Shown here: positions 63,030-64,000 of the stretch, piece after piece | Numbering within the stretch: the first letter of the stretch is position 1 | Layout of the letters: every line of letters begins with the position of its first letter | NCBI RefSeq assembly: GCF_001194135.2 | Contig: NC_068993.1 | Coordinates: 10,359,215-10,423,214, forward strand | Origin: Octopus bimaculoides | Taxonomy: Eukaryota | Length of the DNA: 64,000 nt | Reading direction: 5' to 3' | Program-made: the position numbers and the translations under genes | Notes under the pieces: model-generated | Seen by the model: the letters and a program-made list of their open reading frames with translations, nothing else | What the model was told of the DNA's origin: nothing | Databases searched by the model: none

Positions 63030-63585
63030 TGCTGTTGGTGTGTTTATGTCCCCGTAACTTGGCAGTTTGGCGGGGGAGACCGATGGAACGAGTATTGGGC
63101 TTGCAAGGAGTGGGTCCAGGGGTTGATATCTTTGACTAATATATATATATATATACTCTTTACTCTCTTTTACTCTTTTACTTGTTTCAGTCATTTGACT
63201 GTGGCTATGCTGGAGCACCACCTTTAGTCAAGCAAATCGACCCCAGGACTTGTTCTATCGGTCTCTTTTGCCGAACCGTTAAGTTGCGGGGACATAAACA
63301 CACCAGCATCAGTTGTCAAGCGATGTTGGGGAGGGAGGACAAACACAGACACACAAACACATACACACAAACACAGACACACAAACACATACACACACAC
63401 ATATATATATATACATATATACGACAGGCTTCTTTCAGTTTCCGTCTGCCAAATCCGCTCACGGGGCTTCGATCGGCCTGAGGCTATAGTAGAAGACACT
63501 TGCCCATGGTGCCACACAGTGGGACTGAACCCAGACGCAAATGTTTCGTAAGCAAGCTAGTTACCACACGGCCGCTCCTACACCT
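63030..63585. mobile_element. Tail-to-tail inverted pair of family B SINEs: + fragment at 63030-63140, - full copy at 63155-63585
   Basis: 63030-63135 is the reverse complement of ~63220-63315. Confidence 0.88.
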
Positions 63586-63699
63586 ATATATATATATATA
63601 TATATACACACATCATAAATCTAAAAGAGAAGCACATTCTAAGTCATAGAACAGTAGAGTATTCAGATAAAGACAGTTATGGCTGGTGTATAGGGTTAC

Positions 63700-64000
63700 C
63701 CAGGGTTTCATGTCTATGAGGTGCTTGACTTCACAATGTCTTGTCGTGCCAATGTCGTTTCCTTCATTGGAAATGAAACTCGGCTTGCGAAGACTTATTG
63801 GGGCAAGCGAAAGCTAAACTGTCAATGGCACCTGTGCCCAGCATCGCCTTCCTGGCACTTGTGCTGGGTGGCACGTGTAAAGACATTCAAGCGAGATCGT
63901 TGCCAGTGCTGCCGAACTGGCTCCTGTGCAGGTGGCACGTAAAATACACCATTTTGAACGTGGCCGTTGCCAGTACTGCCTGACTGGCCTTCGTGCAGGT
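63700..64000 (+). mobile_element. RTE-associated SINE/LINE 5' region, cut by the window end
   Basis: Internal ggtggcacgt repeats related to the reverse complement of 1600-1760. Confidence 0.55.

Overview
AT-rich eukaryotic intron/exon DNA with five N gaps. The SINE, microsatellite and MITE landscape looks like an octopus (coleoid cephalopod) genome, which is an inference. Nearly the whole window is the 3' part of one minus-strand gene encoding a protein 4.1 / Coracle (EPB41 family) FERM protein. I could splice it by hand: FERM-domain exons (62299-60854), the FERM-adjacent exon, a central variable region built from phase-0/phase-0 exons, the 4.1 C-terminal domain (12690-3397, stop at 3397-3399) and a probable non-coding last exon from 1228. 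The most striking coding feature is a 2,940-bp in-frame exon (21808-24747) encoding about 120 perfectly phased x-[YF]-[GS]-P-[DN]-G-[KR] heptads in ~265-aa super-repeats, preceded by a 15-nt microexon. The introns hold many tRNA-derived SINEs, RTE LINE remnants, Tc1/mariner-, piggyBac- and Helentron-type non-autonomous elements and an ~870-bp x4 tandem array. Two further stand-outs are an inverted SINE pair at 63030-63585 with a one-strand A>G substitution cluster matching ADAR neighbour preference, and a host-sense RNA hairpin at 17958-18078 with a second alternative pairing partner. All calls are by eye; no database searches were run.
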